This document shows, piece by piece, positions 19,379 to 28,891 of a DNA stretch of 48,107 nucleotides. Origin of the DNA: Gammaproteobacteria bacterium (lineage in GTDB: Bacteria; Pseudomonadota; Gammaproteobacteria; Natronospirales; REEB76); assembly GCA_035701115.1 (NCBI GenBank), contig DASSOA010000092.1, positions 1 to 48,107 on the forward strand. Reading direction: 5' to 3'. The stretch's first letter is position 1, and every line of letters starts with the position of its first letter. The notes under the pieces are model-generated. The model ran no database searches and had not been told where the DNA came from. It was given only the letters and a program-made list of their open reading frames with translations. The translations under genes and the position numbers were made by a program.

Positions 19379-20077
19379 TTTCCCAGGCAAAAGGCCGGCC
19401 AGCCACTCATCGAAAAATAGCTTGGCTTCCCGCGCCATTTGCGCGCCGTGTTGGTGCGCCTGCTCCCGCAGGACCGCCGGCGACAGACCCAGTTCCTGCA
19501 GTTCGCAGGCATTGCCGACGTACCACTGTTCCAAGGCGCGTGCCGTCACTTCCGGGTGGCACTGTATTGCCAGCGTGTTGCGGCCAACGCTGAACGCCTG
19601 ATTCCTGCACAGCGGCGTACTTGCCAGATGCGTGGCGCCGCTCGGGATCTCGAACGTCTCACCGTGCCAGTGAAACACGGGCGACGACAGATGACGCAAC
19701 ACAGAGCGCTGTCCGGAATCCGTGAAACTCAGTGTTTGCCAGCCGATTTCGGTTTGTGCCGCGCGCCTCACCTGCGCGCCCAGCGCTCTGGCAATCAATT
19801 GACTGCCGAGACAGATCCCCAGGATGGGCGCTTCCTCCTTCAGGCGCGCCTCGATCAGACGCAATTCGGAAACGAGGAACGGAAAATGCCCGGTGTCGTT
19901 ACTGCTGATGGGGCCGCCCAGCACGATCATCAGATCCCATTGGCGCCGCGCTACCGCATCGAAATCGGCAACCGGCGCGTCCACGTACTGGATGGTGTAA
20001 TCGGCTGCAGCCAGCGGTTCGGCCAGAGAGCCCAGATCCTCGAATGGGACGTGGCGAATGGCAAGTGCGGTTTTCAT
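19364..20077 (-). CDS. Class I glutamine amidotransferase (GuaA-like stand-alone GATase domain)
   Basis: The nucleophile elbow is ILGICLGSQLIA and the His-Glu pair lies in IQCHPEV. 237 aa. Confidence 0.85.
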   Translation of the reverse strand: MKTALAIRHVPFEDLGSLAEPLAAADYTIQYVDAPVADFDAVARRQWDLMIVLGGPISSNDTGHFPFLVSELRLIEARLKEEAPILGICLGSQLIARALGAQVRRAAQTEIGWQTLSFTDSGQRSVLRHLSSPVFHWHGETFEIPSGATHLASTPLCRNQAFSVGRNTLAIQCHPEVTARALEQWYVGNACELQELGLSPAVLREQAHQHGAQMAREAKLFFDEWLAGLLPGKSDPA

Positions 20078-20168
20078 GCGTTCATTCTATCCGCTGGAGT
20101 ACCGCCCCCACGGCCTCAACGTGTCTTTCTGTCCACCCGGCCGGGAGACCGGGCGATATACTCTCGGC

Positions 20169-20621
20169 ATGGCCCCCCAAACCCGACTTTCCGCCGGCGT
20201 TGCCGTCGTCCGCGAAACGACATCGGCTCCGCTGTTCCTGCTGTTACGTGCCTGGCGCTACTGGGACTTTCCGAAGGGCGCGGTCGAATCGGGTGAAACG
20301 CCATTGCAGGCCGCGATTCGCGAGGTGCAGGAAGAAACCGGAATTGACGATCTCGACTTTGCGTGGGGTGATCAATATTGTGAAACGGCGCCTTATAACC
20401 GCGGCAAGGTGGCCCGCTACTACCTGGCCCGGACGCGAACGGAAAAGGTCATCCTGGCCGCCAATCCCGTCACCGGCATCCGCGAACACATGGAATATCG
20501 GTGGGTAACACATCAAGCGGCCTTGCCGCTTTTGTCGCCCCGCATGCTGAAAGTACTGGCCTGGGTGACCGAGACGCTGGAAACCCGGGGTGTCGCCGGC
20601 AAACAGAACGCGGATCAGTGA
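20169..20621 (+). CDS. NUDIX hydrolase (Ap4A-hydrolase-like)
   Basis: Nudix box GAVESGETPLQAAIREVQEETGI, preceded by YWDFPKG. I chose the ATG at 20169 (MAPQTRLSAGVAVV); the longer ORF from 20058 overlaps the GATase start. Confidence 0.8.
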   Translation: MAPQTRLSAGVAVVRETTSAPLFLLLRAWRYWDFPKGAVESGETPLQAAIREVQEETGIDDLDFAWGDQYCETAPYNRGKVARYYLARTRTEKVILAANPVTGIREHMEYRWVTHQAALPLLSPRMLKVLAWVTETLETRGVAGKQNADQ

Positions 20622-21256
20622 CGAGTGCGCCTCGACCCGCGTTCCGGACTGGCGAGCATCGGTACAAGCCTTTTCCAGACATTGTCGAGCACGCGTGGTT
20701 CGGCAACCGCTCTCGGGTGCAGTCCATCCGCCTGCAATTTATTGCGATCCTGGGCCACGCCTTCCAGCAGAAACGGCACCAACGGTATCCGGTACGTCCG
20801 GGCAAGCGCTGGATACACGGCGCTGAATTCCTGCGTGTACCGGGGACCATAGTTCGGCGGCAGCAGGATTCCAACCAGCAGGACGCGGGCACCCGAATCC
20901 CTTGAAAGCGAAATCATGCGCCCCAGATTCTGCTTCATGAGCGTTATCGGTAATCCGCGCAGGCCGTCATTTGCACCCAGTTCGAGGATGACGATCGCAG
21001 GTTTGTGCTGTCGAAGTGCCTGTGGCAAACGGGTAACACCACCGGCGGTAGTTTCACCGCTGATACTGGCATTAACCACGGTATAGTCATAACCGCGTGC
21101 CGCGAGCCGCCGTCGCAGGAGCGCCACCCAGCCCTGATCGGCAGACAGACCGTAGGCTGCACTGAGACTGTCACCCATCACCAGAATTGTTGCGGGTGCA
21201 GCCGTTGCCGGTAGCGCGACACACAACAGCAACCAGAACAGGATGTGTTTCATCAT
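20615..21256 (-). CDS. tesA: SGNH/GDSL arylesterase, acyl-CoA thioesterase I / lysophospholipase L1
   Basis: A signal peptide MMKHILFWLLLCVALPATA is followed by ILVMGDSLSAAYG (GDS block), VNASISGETT and LELGANDGLRG. It is divergent from ybbA-ybbP, as in E. coli. The start could be 21256, 21253 or 21280. Confidence 0.85.
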   Translation of the reverse strand: MMKHILFWLLLCVALPATAAPATILVMGDSLSAAYGLSADQGWVALLRRRLAARGYDYTVVNASISGETTAGGVTRLPQALRQHKPAIVILELGANDGLRGLPITLMKQNLGRMISLSRDSGARVLLVGILLPPNYGPRYTQEFSAVYPALARTYRIPLVPFLLEGVAQDRNKLQADGLHPRAVAEPRVLDNVWKRLVPMLASPERGSRRTRH

Positions 21257-21947
21257 GGAAAATGACCTCTCCGCCGGCACCTTGTTGCGCGCGGATCACC
21301 TATGCAAACAGGTTAACAGCCCGGACGGCATACTGACCATCCTCGACGACGTATCACTCGGCATTCGCAAGGGCGAATCGGTGGCAATTGTCGGTCCGTC
21401 CGGTTCCGGCAAAACAACCCTGCTCGGTCTGCTCGCCGGACTCGATGTGCCGACACGCGGCAGCGTCTGGCTTGATGGCATGGAATTCAGCGCGCTCGAC
21501 GAAGATGCGCGTGCCGCACGCCGTGCCCGCGAAATCGGTTTCGTGTTTCAGTCGTTCCACCTGCTGCCCGGACTCACGGCACTCGAAAACGTCATGCTGC
21601 CTCTGGAGCTCGTCAACCACCCCGCACCCGAAAAATCCGCGCACGCGGTGCTGGCTTCGGTCGGTCTTGCGGCGCGGGCGAATTATTATCCGCAGAAACT
21701 TTCGGGTGGCGAACAGCAACGTGTCGCCATTGCACGCGCCTATGCCACCGAACCGGCGCTGCTGTTTGCCGACGAACCAACCGGAAATCTCGACGCCGCG
21801 ACGGGACATCTGATTATTGATCTGCTGTTTGATCTCAATACCCGGCATCATGCCACGCTGGTGCTCGTGACCCACGATCCGGAACTCGCATCGCGCTGCG
21901 ATCGTACCTTGTCGCTGCATGCCGGCCGCCTGGAGCAGCCGGCATGA
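21255..21947 (+). CDS. ybbA: ABC transporter ATP-binding protein (MacB/LolD-like, YbbA)
   Basis: Walker A GPSGSGKTT, signature LSGGEQQRVAIARA and Walker B LLFADEPTGNLD. I prefer the start at 21255 (MENDLSAG...) by length comparison with E. coli YbbA. An ATGA overlap couples it to ybbP. Confidence 0.9.
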   Translation: MENDLSAGTLLRADHLCKQVNSPDGILTILDDVSLGIRKGESVAIVGPSGSGKTTLLGLLAGLDVPTRGSVWLDGMEFSALDEDARAARRAREIGFVFQSFHLLPGLTALENVMLPLELVNHPAPEKSAHAVLASVGLAARANYYPQKLSGGEQQRVAIARAYATEPALLFADEPTGNLDAATGHLIIDLLFDLNTRHHATLVLVTHDPELASRCDRTLSLHAGRLEQPA

Positions 21948-24433
21948 CACTGCTGCGCCTTTCGTTGCGCCAGTTCCGCCGCGGCTGGAAGAGCGGCGAT
22001 CTCACGGTCATGGCAATTTCACTGGCACTGGCGCTGGCCGCAGTGAGCGCCGTGGGATTCTTTACCGCACGTGTCCAGACCGCAGTGCTCGAACAGGCCG
22101 GCGAAAGTCTCGCAGCCGATCTGGTGCTGGAATCCGGCGAACCGATTCCTCCGTCATACAGGAAAGCCGCGATCGAGGCGGGTGCACGGGTGGCGGACGT
22201 CATGGACTTTCCGACGGTAGTCGTCCAGGGCAACAACACCCTGCTGGTGGAAGTGCACGCCGTCAGTCACGGTTATCCGCTGCGCGGACAGGCGCGTATC
22301 AGTCGGCAACCTTTCGGAACGCCGCACCCGGCAACCGGCATTCCGGAACCCGGAACCATCTGGATTGAGCCGCGCGTGTTTGCGAGCCTCAATATCAAAA
22401 CCGGGGATGAAGTACAGATCGGCAAACTCTCTGAACGCGTTGCCGCCAACGTCTCCTATCTCCCGGACGGTGGTTTCGGTTTTTCCGCGCTTGCTTCCAA
22501 AGTGGTGCTGAACACCGCCGACATTGCGGCCAGCGGGCTGGTCAACGCAAACTCTCGCGTCAATTACAAACTGCTGGTGGCTGGTACGCCATCCGTCATC
22601 AGCGGACTTGAAACGCATTGGAAGCAGAATCTCCCGACCGGAATTCATCTGCGCGACGCGCGCGACGGCAGGCCGGAAATGGTCAATGCCATCGACCGTT
22701 CGCAGCGTTTTCTGTCGCTGGCCGCACTGGTCAGCGTGCTGATTTCCGCGGTGGCGGTGGTGTTGTCTGCGCAACGCTATGCTTCCCGTTATACAGACAC
22801 GGCCGCGGTGCTCAAATCGCTCGGCCTGACGCGGCGCGGCGTGCAGAACGTGCTGCTGCTGGAACTGTTCTGGCTCGGTATCGTAGCGGGAACAGCGGGT
22901 GTGATCACAGGTTATCTGGCCCAGTTCGGTCTGGTTCACGTACTGAAAGGATTGCTGCCCGCAGACCTGCCGGCCGCGCCCCTGACCCCGGCGTTTTCGG
23001 CGCTGGGGATCGGACTGGTCCTGCTCGCCGGGTTTGCCTTGCCGCCCCTGATGCGGCTCGGCGATACGCCGCCGGCCCGGGTGTTGAGACGGGATCTCTC
23101 GCCACCGCCCTTGCGCGGCTGGATCGTGTATGGACTCGCAATCGTCGCGTGTTTCGCGCTGACCTTGTGGCAGGTCAAAACACTGACTCTTTCGCTCTAT
23201 GTACTCGGTGGACTCGCGCTGACTCTGCTGTTGCTTGCAGCGGGCGCGCTTCTGTTGCTGTTCACTGTGAAAAGCCTGCGTCATGGTTCCGGCGCCGGCT
23301 GGCGCTACGGACTGGCAAACCTCAATCGTCACCGGCGTGACGCGATCCTGCAGATGGTTGCGTTCGGAGTCGGCCTCATGGTCCTGCTGCTGCTGGCGAT
23401 TGTGCGCGGCGATCTCCTGACCAGCTGGCGCACCACGTTGCCGGACAATGCACCGAATCAGTTCATCATCAACATACAGCCGGAACAGCGCGCTACGGTT
23501 CGGCAGTTTTTTCGCGATCACGGTCTGCCGGAACCCGTGCTTTATCCGATGTTGCACGCACGACTGACGGCGATCAATGGCACCCCGATCGAGGCTGTGC
23601 ACGTGCAAACCGAACGTGCGCGCAGGATGCGGGACCGAGAAGCGAACCTGAGCTGGTCGGCAAGCCTGCCGGCGGCCAACACCATCACGGCCGGTCACTG
23701 GTGGAACGCGGCTGAAGCAAAGCTGTCGCTCGCGTCAATCGAGGATGGATACGCCAAGGACCTTGGGCTGAAGCTCGGCGACACGCTGACATTCAATGTT
23801 GGCGGAGCCATCATCACGGCACGCATCACCAGTTTCCGCAAAGTGCGCTGGGATTCCTTCCAGCCCAATTTTTTCATCGAACTGTCGCCTGGCGCGTTGC
23901 AGGATTATCCATCCACCTGGATTACCAGTACCTATCTGCCGCCCGACAAAGCGAATATTCTGGTTGATCTGATCCGCGAACTTCCCGCGCTGACCATCTT
24001 CAACGTCGATGCGATCATGCAGCAGGTGCGCCATCTCATGGATCAGGCCTCGCTCGCCGTGGAATATGTGTTTCTGTTCACGCTCGCAGCAGGCATCGTG
24101 GTGTTGCTTGCCGCCGTACAGGCAACCCGCGACGAGCGGCGTTTTGAAGCGGCGGTCCTGCGTGCGCTTGGCGCGTCGCGCCGATTGCTGCGGCTTGCCA
24201 CGGCTGCGGAATACTCAACGCTGGGCTTCGCCGCCGGGTTGCTCGGTGCGCTGGCGGCCAGCGTGGTCGCGTGGGTACTGGCCGTGCGAGTGTTCAATCT
24301 GCCGTACCACGGCGACTGGCGCATCTGGGTAACAGGCATTTCCGCCGGCACGCTGATTGTCGCGATCAGCGGAATCCTGGCCACCCGCAAAGTGCTGACG
24401 GTGCCGCCGGTGGAAACCCTGCGCGAAAGCTGA
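21944..24433 (+). CDS. ybbP: FtsX/MacB-type ABC transporter permease with duplicated permease modules (YbbP)
   Basis: 829 aa with two FtsX-like 4-TM modules, each preceded by a large periplasmic domain. It is adjacent to ybbA and divergent from tesA. Confidence 0.9.
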   Translation: MTLLRLSLRQFRRGWKSGDLTVMAISLALALAAVSAVGFFTARVQTAVLEQAGESLAADLVLESGEPIPPSYRKAAIEAGARVADVMDFPTVVVQGNNTLLVEVHAVSHGYPLRGQARISRQPFGTPHPATGIPEPGTIWIEPRVFASLNIKTGDEVQIGKLSERVAANVSYLPDGGFGFSALASKVVLNTADIAASGLVNANSRVNYKLLVAGTPSVISGLETHWKQNLPTGIHLRDARDGRPEMVNAIDRSQRFLSLAALVSVLISAVAVVLSAQRYASRYTDTAAVLKSLGLTRRGVQNVLLLELFWLGIVAGTAGVITGYLAQFGLVHVLKGLLPADLPAAPLTPAFSALGIGLVLLAGFALPPLMRLGDTPPARVLRRDLSPPPLRGWIVYGLAIVACFALTLWQVKTLTLSLYVLGGLALTLLLLAAGALLLLFTVKSLRHGSGAGWRYGLANLNRHRRDAILQMVAFGVGLMVLLLLAIVRGDLLTSWRTTLPDNAPNQFIINIQPEQRATVRQFFRDHGLPEPVLYPMLHARLTAINGTPIEAVHVQTERARRMRDREANLSWSASLPAANTITAGHWWNAAEAKLSLASIEDGYAKDLGLKLGDTLTFNVGGAIITARITSFRKVRWDSFQPNFFIELSPGALQDYPSTWITSTYLPPDKANILVDLIRELPALTIFNVDAIMQQVRHLMDQASLAVEYVFLFTLAAGIVVLLAAVQATRDERRFEAAVLRALGASRRLLRLATAAEYSTLGFAAGLLGALAASVVAWVLAVRVFNLPYHGDWRIWVTGISAGTLIVAISGILATRKVLTVPPVETLRES

Positions 24434-24589
24434 CGTGCCACCGAATGATCGGCAGCAGGTTGCGCCGTCGATCCCGGCTGGAACGTAATTCGCCGCGGTT
24501 ATGACGACCAATCAAGGTTTGCTCAGCATCGGCGGCCGCAACGATCGGGGTGGAATCAGGAACGGATGCTGTTGCGGAATCGCAGCAAT

Positions 24590-27259
24590 TTACCGGTGAA
24601 ACACCGGCGGGTCCTGCAGCCATTCGTACAATGCGTTTTTTTCCAGCGCCGGGCTGATGTAATAGCCCTGTGCGAAGTCGCAGCCGAATTCCCGCAGTCG
24701 CTCCAGTACGTCGCGGGTTTCCACGCCTTCGGCAACAATCGAGCGTCCCAGTTCATGTCCGAGATGCACGGTGGAACGCACGATGGCAGCATCATGCTCG
24801 TTGGCCAGCATGTCGTTGGTGAAGGCGCGATCCACCTTGAGTTCGGTGAACGGAAGATGCTTTAGGTGAATCAGCGACGAATAACCGGTGCCGAAATCAT
24901 CGATGGAAAGCCCGATGCCGATATCCCGAAGCCGCTGAAAGGTTCCCGCTGCGAGCATCGCGTCGCTCAGTATTCCGCTTTCCGTGATTTCTATGGTCAA
25001 TTTTTCCGGAGCCAGCCCGTTTTCCATGAGCGTCTTGAGAATGAACTCCGGCAACTGGCTGTCCCGCAGGTTGTGGGGCGAAAGATTGACCGAAACACCA
25101 ACGTCGAAATTCGCATCATGCCAGGCGCGGCAATCGCGAATCGCGCGGCCCAGCACCCAGCGTGAAATACGGTCTATCACATCGCTGGACTCTACCAGCG
25201 GCAGGAACTCGTCCGGGAGCAGACGGCTGCCATCCGGACGGTTCCACCTCAGCAAGGCCTCGACACGCGCCACCCTCCCGGTGGCCAGGCTGATCTCCGG
25301 CTGGTAATGCAGGGTCAAATGCTGGTCGTCAATGCAACTGCGCAGCTCGGTTACCCGCTGCATTCGCGCGGGCGAATGCACGTCCTGTTCGGGACTGTAT
25401 GTCGCAATACCGGCGCGGGCTGCCTTCGCGGCATACATGGCCACGTCCGCACGACGCATCAAGGTCGTCGGATCGTTGCCATGCTGAGGACAGTGCACGA
25501 CTCCGATACTGCCGCCCACCACCAGTTTGTGTCCTTCGATCATGAAAGGTTGCTCCAGGGCGGCAAGCAACTGCAAACCCAGGCGCTCGGCTTCCTGGCG
25601 ATCGTCGAGCCCGCTCAGTACCAGGGCAAATTCGTCGCCGCCCAGCCGCGCGATGGTATCGGTAGCACGCAAATGGGCGCGCAGGCGCGCGCCCACCTTG
25701 GAAAGCAGAACGTCTCCCGTGTAATGACCAAAGGTATCGTTGATTTCCTTGAATCTGTCCAGATCGAGAAACAGCAATGCGAACGAATTGCCGGTACGCC
25801 GCATGTTGATAATGCCCTGATTGATCCGGTCGTGCAGAAGCACGCGATTCGGCAATCCGGTGAGTGCGTCGTGCAATGCCTGATGCTGCAAGGCATCAAG
25901 GTGCGCCTTGCGGTCGCTGACGTCGCGCAGAATTGCAATCCAGTGCGATGGCGTTACCCCGGCTTCGCCCGATACGGGCATTACATGTATCTCCAGTGCG
26001 TAACGGGACGTATCGGGCCGGACTGCGGTGACCTCCACCTCAAAAGATTCGCCCTTGCCTACGTTCTTGAACAGGGTTTCCATCACCGGCCCGTCGTCCG
26101 CGGAGATCTGCAGGCAATTCAGCGAGCGGCCGATCACGTCCGTGGCCGCATGGCCGGTGATGCGGGAAAACCCATGATTGACGAAGGTGATCTGGAGCGG
26201 ATCTGCTTGGGCGGTGTATTCCATGATCACAAAACCTTCCGCTGCGTTTTCCACCGCCGATTCCAGCAGGCGCAACTGCTCATTCGCGCGCTCCAGTTCG
26301 CGCGTACGGTTATGCACCCTGTGCTCCAGCTGATCGTTAATCGCGCGCAATTCGTCCTCAAGGCGCTTGCGCTGAAAGAATTCCGGTACCACCCCGGCGC
26401 CGCCACGTACAACCGTCTTGGCGGCGGCATGCTGATGTGCATACTGCGCCAGATGCGCTTCAATGCGCGAAGGCGGCGCCATGATAAAACGACACTGCTT
26501 GTCGCCGGCCGCAACGCATTCGATTTCAACCGCGACCAGCGCTAATCCGAAACTCTCCTCGCACCAGCCGGAGGAGTAACCGGCATTCATGATGCACACC
26601 GGCACGTCGCTGCGTTTGCCCTTGGCAAGCCAGGAATGCGATTCGAAGGAAAACGGATGGTCGTAGAGCAGGAAATAGTTTTCATCCGGCGATGGGTTGG
26701 ATTCAGGGGAAATATCCACAAACGCCCAACCGGAAAATGCAAAATGAACCGGACCCGCGGAGAGATTATCGATGGGATCGCTCACCGACATCTTCTGCTG
26801 GAAACTTCTGGCGTCGGCCTTGCCGATGGCATGCGCCAGATCGAACAACAGGTTGTTGGCAACCGCGCGCGCTTCATTGGCGCCCTTGTCCTGGTACAGA
26901 CGCATCACCATTTCGACAAACTCCACGGACAGCGACGCCGCCCGCAGCAGCACGTAGCGTTCTCCCGCAATTGAGATGGTCGCGGTATCAGGTTGCTCGA
27001 TGCGATCGGAAAAATAACGTGCCACGTACTGCTGTGCACGCAGAAACGGCGCTTCGAAAGGTTTCGGCACCTTGACCGTGGTGAGCTTGTCGCGGAATTG
27101 CGCAGCGTATTCAGGATTTCCGGCGGCAATTTTTTTCAACTGCTCAAGCTCGGCTTCCAGCGCGCGAATCCGGGCCGGAATATCCCCGTTTTCAGCAATA
27201 CCCGGATCAGACGCACCGGCAGTGGCGCCGGGTGATCGGGTTGGCGGCTGGGTTTTCAT
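24590..27259 (-). CDS. c-di-GMP turnover protein: XylR/DmpR-type sensor (XylR_N + V4R), coiled coil, PAS, GGDEF and EAL domains
   Basis: 889 aa. Residues ~95-265 are colinear with the DmpR/XylR A domain as I recall it (GERYVLLRAASL, SAGPVHFAFSGW, VPVCIMNAGYSSGW, VEIECVAAGDKQCRFIMAP). The GGDEF motif RLGGDEFALVL is intact. EAL motifs EALLRW, DDFGTGYSS and EGVE are present. Confidence 0.9.
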   Translation of the reverse strand: MKTQPPTRSPGATAGASDPGIAENGDIPARIRALEAELEQLKKIAAGNPEYAAQFRDKLTTVKVPKPFEAPFLRAQQYVARYFSDRIEQPDTATISIAGERYVLLRAASLSVEFVEMVMRLYQDKGANEARAVANNLLFDLAHAIGKADARSFQQKMSVSDPIDNLSAGPVHFAFSGWAFVDISPESNPSPDENYFLLYDHPFSFESHSWLAKGKRSDVPVCIMNAGYSSGWCEESFGLALVAVEIECVAAGDKQCRFIMAPPSRIEAHLAQYAHQHAAAKTVVRGGAGVVPEFFQRKRLEDELRAINDQLEHRVHNRTRELERANEQLRLLESAVENAAEGFVIMEYTAQADPLQITFVNHGFSRITGHAATDVIGRSLNCLQISADDGPVMETLFKNVGKGESFEVEVTAVRPDTSRYALEIHVMPVSGEAGVTPSHWIAILRDVSDRKAHLDALQHQALHDALTGLPNRVLLHDRINQGIINMRRTGNSFALLFLDLDRFKEINDTFGHYTGDVLLSKVGARLRAHLRATDTIARLGGDEFALVLSGLDDRQEAERLGLQLLAALEQPFMIEGHKLVVGGSIGVVHCPQHGNDPTTLMRRADVAMYAAKAARAGIATYSPEQDVHSPARMQRVTELRSCIDDQHLTLHYQPEISLATGRVARVEALLRWNRPDGSRLLPDEFLPLVESSDVIDRISRWVLGRAIRDCRAWHDANFDVGVSVNLSPHNLRDSQLPEFILKTLMENGLAPEKLTIEITESGILSDAMLAAGTFQRLRDIGIGLSIDDFGTGYSSLIHLKHLPFTELKVDRAFTNDMLANEHDAAIVRSTVHLGHELGRSIVAEGVETRDVLERLREFGCDFAQGYYISPALEKNALYEWLQDPPVFHR

Positions 27260-27414
27260 GCCCCGAATAATTGTGGGAAATCCACCTCAAGTCTAAACCA
27301 GCGCAGGATCGGCGGCTATGGCGGCATCAATCCAGCCCAGTTCCGCCTGTCGGGACTGGCCCCGCTACAGTCGGAAACTGCGCGGTGTCCCGCAGAGACT
27401 CAAACCGGCGCCGG

Positions 27415-28842
27415 TCAGCGGGATTCGGGGAGCTGACGGATTTTCTGATAGGCGTCAAGGGCTTCTGCGCGGCTGATTGCGTAATCCACCACCGGTGCGG
27501 GATACCGTATCCGCCTTCCGCCTGTCTCCCAGGGGGCGTGTGCATCTTCAGGCGCCAGCGCCGCCAATTCCGGGAGCCAGCGGCGCAGATACGTACCGTC
27601 CGGATCGAACTTTCTCGATTGCAGGACGGGATTGAAGACGCGAAAGTACGGCGCTGCATCCGCCCCGCTTCCTGCAGACCATTGCCAACCCATGGTGTTG
27701 TTGGCGAGGTCGGCATCCACCAGCGTGTCCCAGAACCAGCGCGCCCCTTCCTGCCAGGAAATGCGCAGGTTCTTGACCAGAAACGATGCCACTATCATTC
27801 GTACGCGGTTATGCATCCAGCCGGTGGTCCACAATTCGCGCATGCCCGCGTCCACGATCGGATAACCCGTTTCGCCACGCCTCCAGGCAAGCAACAGTTT
27901 CGCGTAATCGTCGCGCCACGGAAACGCGCGAAACCTGTCATACATCGGCTGATCCGTGGTCCACGGAAAATGAAACAGAACATGATGCGCAAATTCACGC
28001 CAGCCCAGTTCGCGCAGATAGGCCTCTGCATTTCCTGCCGGCGCGTCAGCGTTCTGCACAGCCTGCCAGACCTGTCGCGGCGACAGCTCACCGAAATGCA
28101 GATGCGGTGAAAGAAAGGACACGCCGGCACGCCCGGGATATTCGCGCCCGGTCCTGTATTCCGGCAAGGCGCGTTTGAGAAATTGGTGCAGTTGCGTTAA
28201 CGCGCCTGCTTCGCCGGGCGTCCACCGGCCGTGAAATCCGTCGGCCCAGTCCAGGGTTGGGAGCAATCCGAGGGATTCAAGACTGATGCTCGACGGCCAG
28301 CGCGGTGGCACCTTGAGATTGCGTGGAGACGGCAGCGGAGTTGCAGGTGATATGTCGCGCTGAAACGTTTTCCAGAACGGCGTAAACACCCGGAACGGCT
28401 GGCCGGCTGCGGTTTTCAGTTGCATTGGCTCATGCAGCAAACAGCCGGCGTGGCTTTCCGCGCTGATGCCGACGTCGTGCAATGCCGCTTTCAGTTTCGC
28501 ATCACGCTGCACGGTGTGCGGTTCGTACAGACGATTCCAGTATACGGCCGCGGCACCGGTTTCCGCGATCAATGCCCGCAATTCCGTTGCCGTGTCACCC
28601 CGGCGCAGGACGAGCCGCGAACCGAGGTTGCCTGACGTTACGGCAAGCGCGGCAAGACTGTGATGCAGCCACCAGCGGCTGGCTGCACCCGGCAGCCAGT
28701 TTGCTTCCGCGGCCGGATCGTGAATGTAAACGGGAATGACGTGGTCGGCCGCGGCCAGCGCGGCATTCAGTGCCGAATTGTCAATCAGGCGCAGATCACG
28801 CCGGAACCAGACAAGCGCGGTGGTCATTTCCTGTTCTGGCAT
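27415..28842 (-). CDS. phrB: Deoxyribodipyrimidine photolyase (CPD photolyase class I)
   Basis: 475 aa with LVWFRRDLRLIDNSAL at the N-terminus. The FAD-binding C-terminal motifs are TGYPIVDAGMRELWTTGWMHNRVRMIVASFL and DADLANNTMGWQW. Confidence 0.95.
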   Translation of the reverse strand: MPEQEMTTALVWFRRDLRLIDNSALNAALAAADHVIPVYIHDPAAEANWLPGAASRWWLHHSLAALAVTSGNLGSRLVLRRGDTATELRALIAETGAAAVYWNRLYEPHTVQRDAKLKAALHDVGISAESHAGCLLHEPMQLKTAAGQPFRVFTPFWKTFQRDISPATPLPSPRNLKVPPRWPSSISLESLGLLPTLDWADGFHGRWTPGEAGALTQLHQFLKRALPEYRTGREYPGRAGVSFLSPHLHFGELSPRQVWQAVQNADAPAGNAEAYLRELGWREFAHHVLFHFPWTTDQPMYDRFRAFPWRDDYAKLLLAWRRGETGYPIVDAGMRELWTTGWMHNRVRMIVASFLVKNLRISWQEGARWFWDTLVDADLANNTMGWQWSAGSGADAAPYFRVFNPVLQSRKFDPDGTYLRRWLPELAALAPEDAHAPWETGGRRIRYPAPVVDYAISRAEALDAYQKIRQLPESR

Positions 28843-28891
28843 CCATATCGGTTGACGTTACTGATACGCGCGCACTGACTGGCCGGATGCA

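Noticed and set aside
22154-23698. A 514-aa minus-strand ORF inside ybbP. Similar long antisense ORFs occur at 25307..26545, 41236..42366, 35462..36373, 657..1382, 29045..29731, 31053..31934 and 43270..43965.
   Set aside because: All are mirror-frame ORFs opposite genes with strong family signatures. Their translations are Arg/Gln/His/Gly-rich and motif-free, which is the usual artefact of stop-poor antisense frames in GC-rich DNA.
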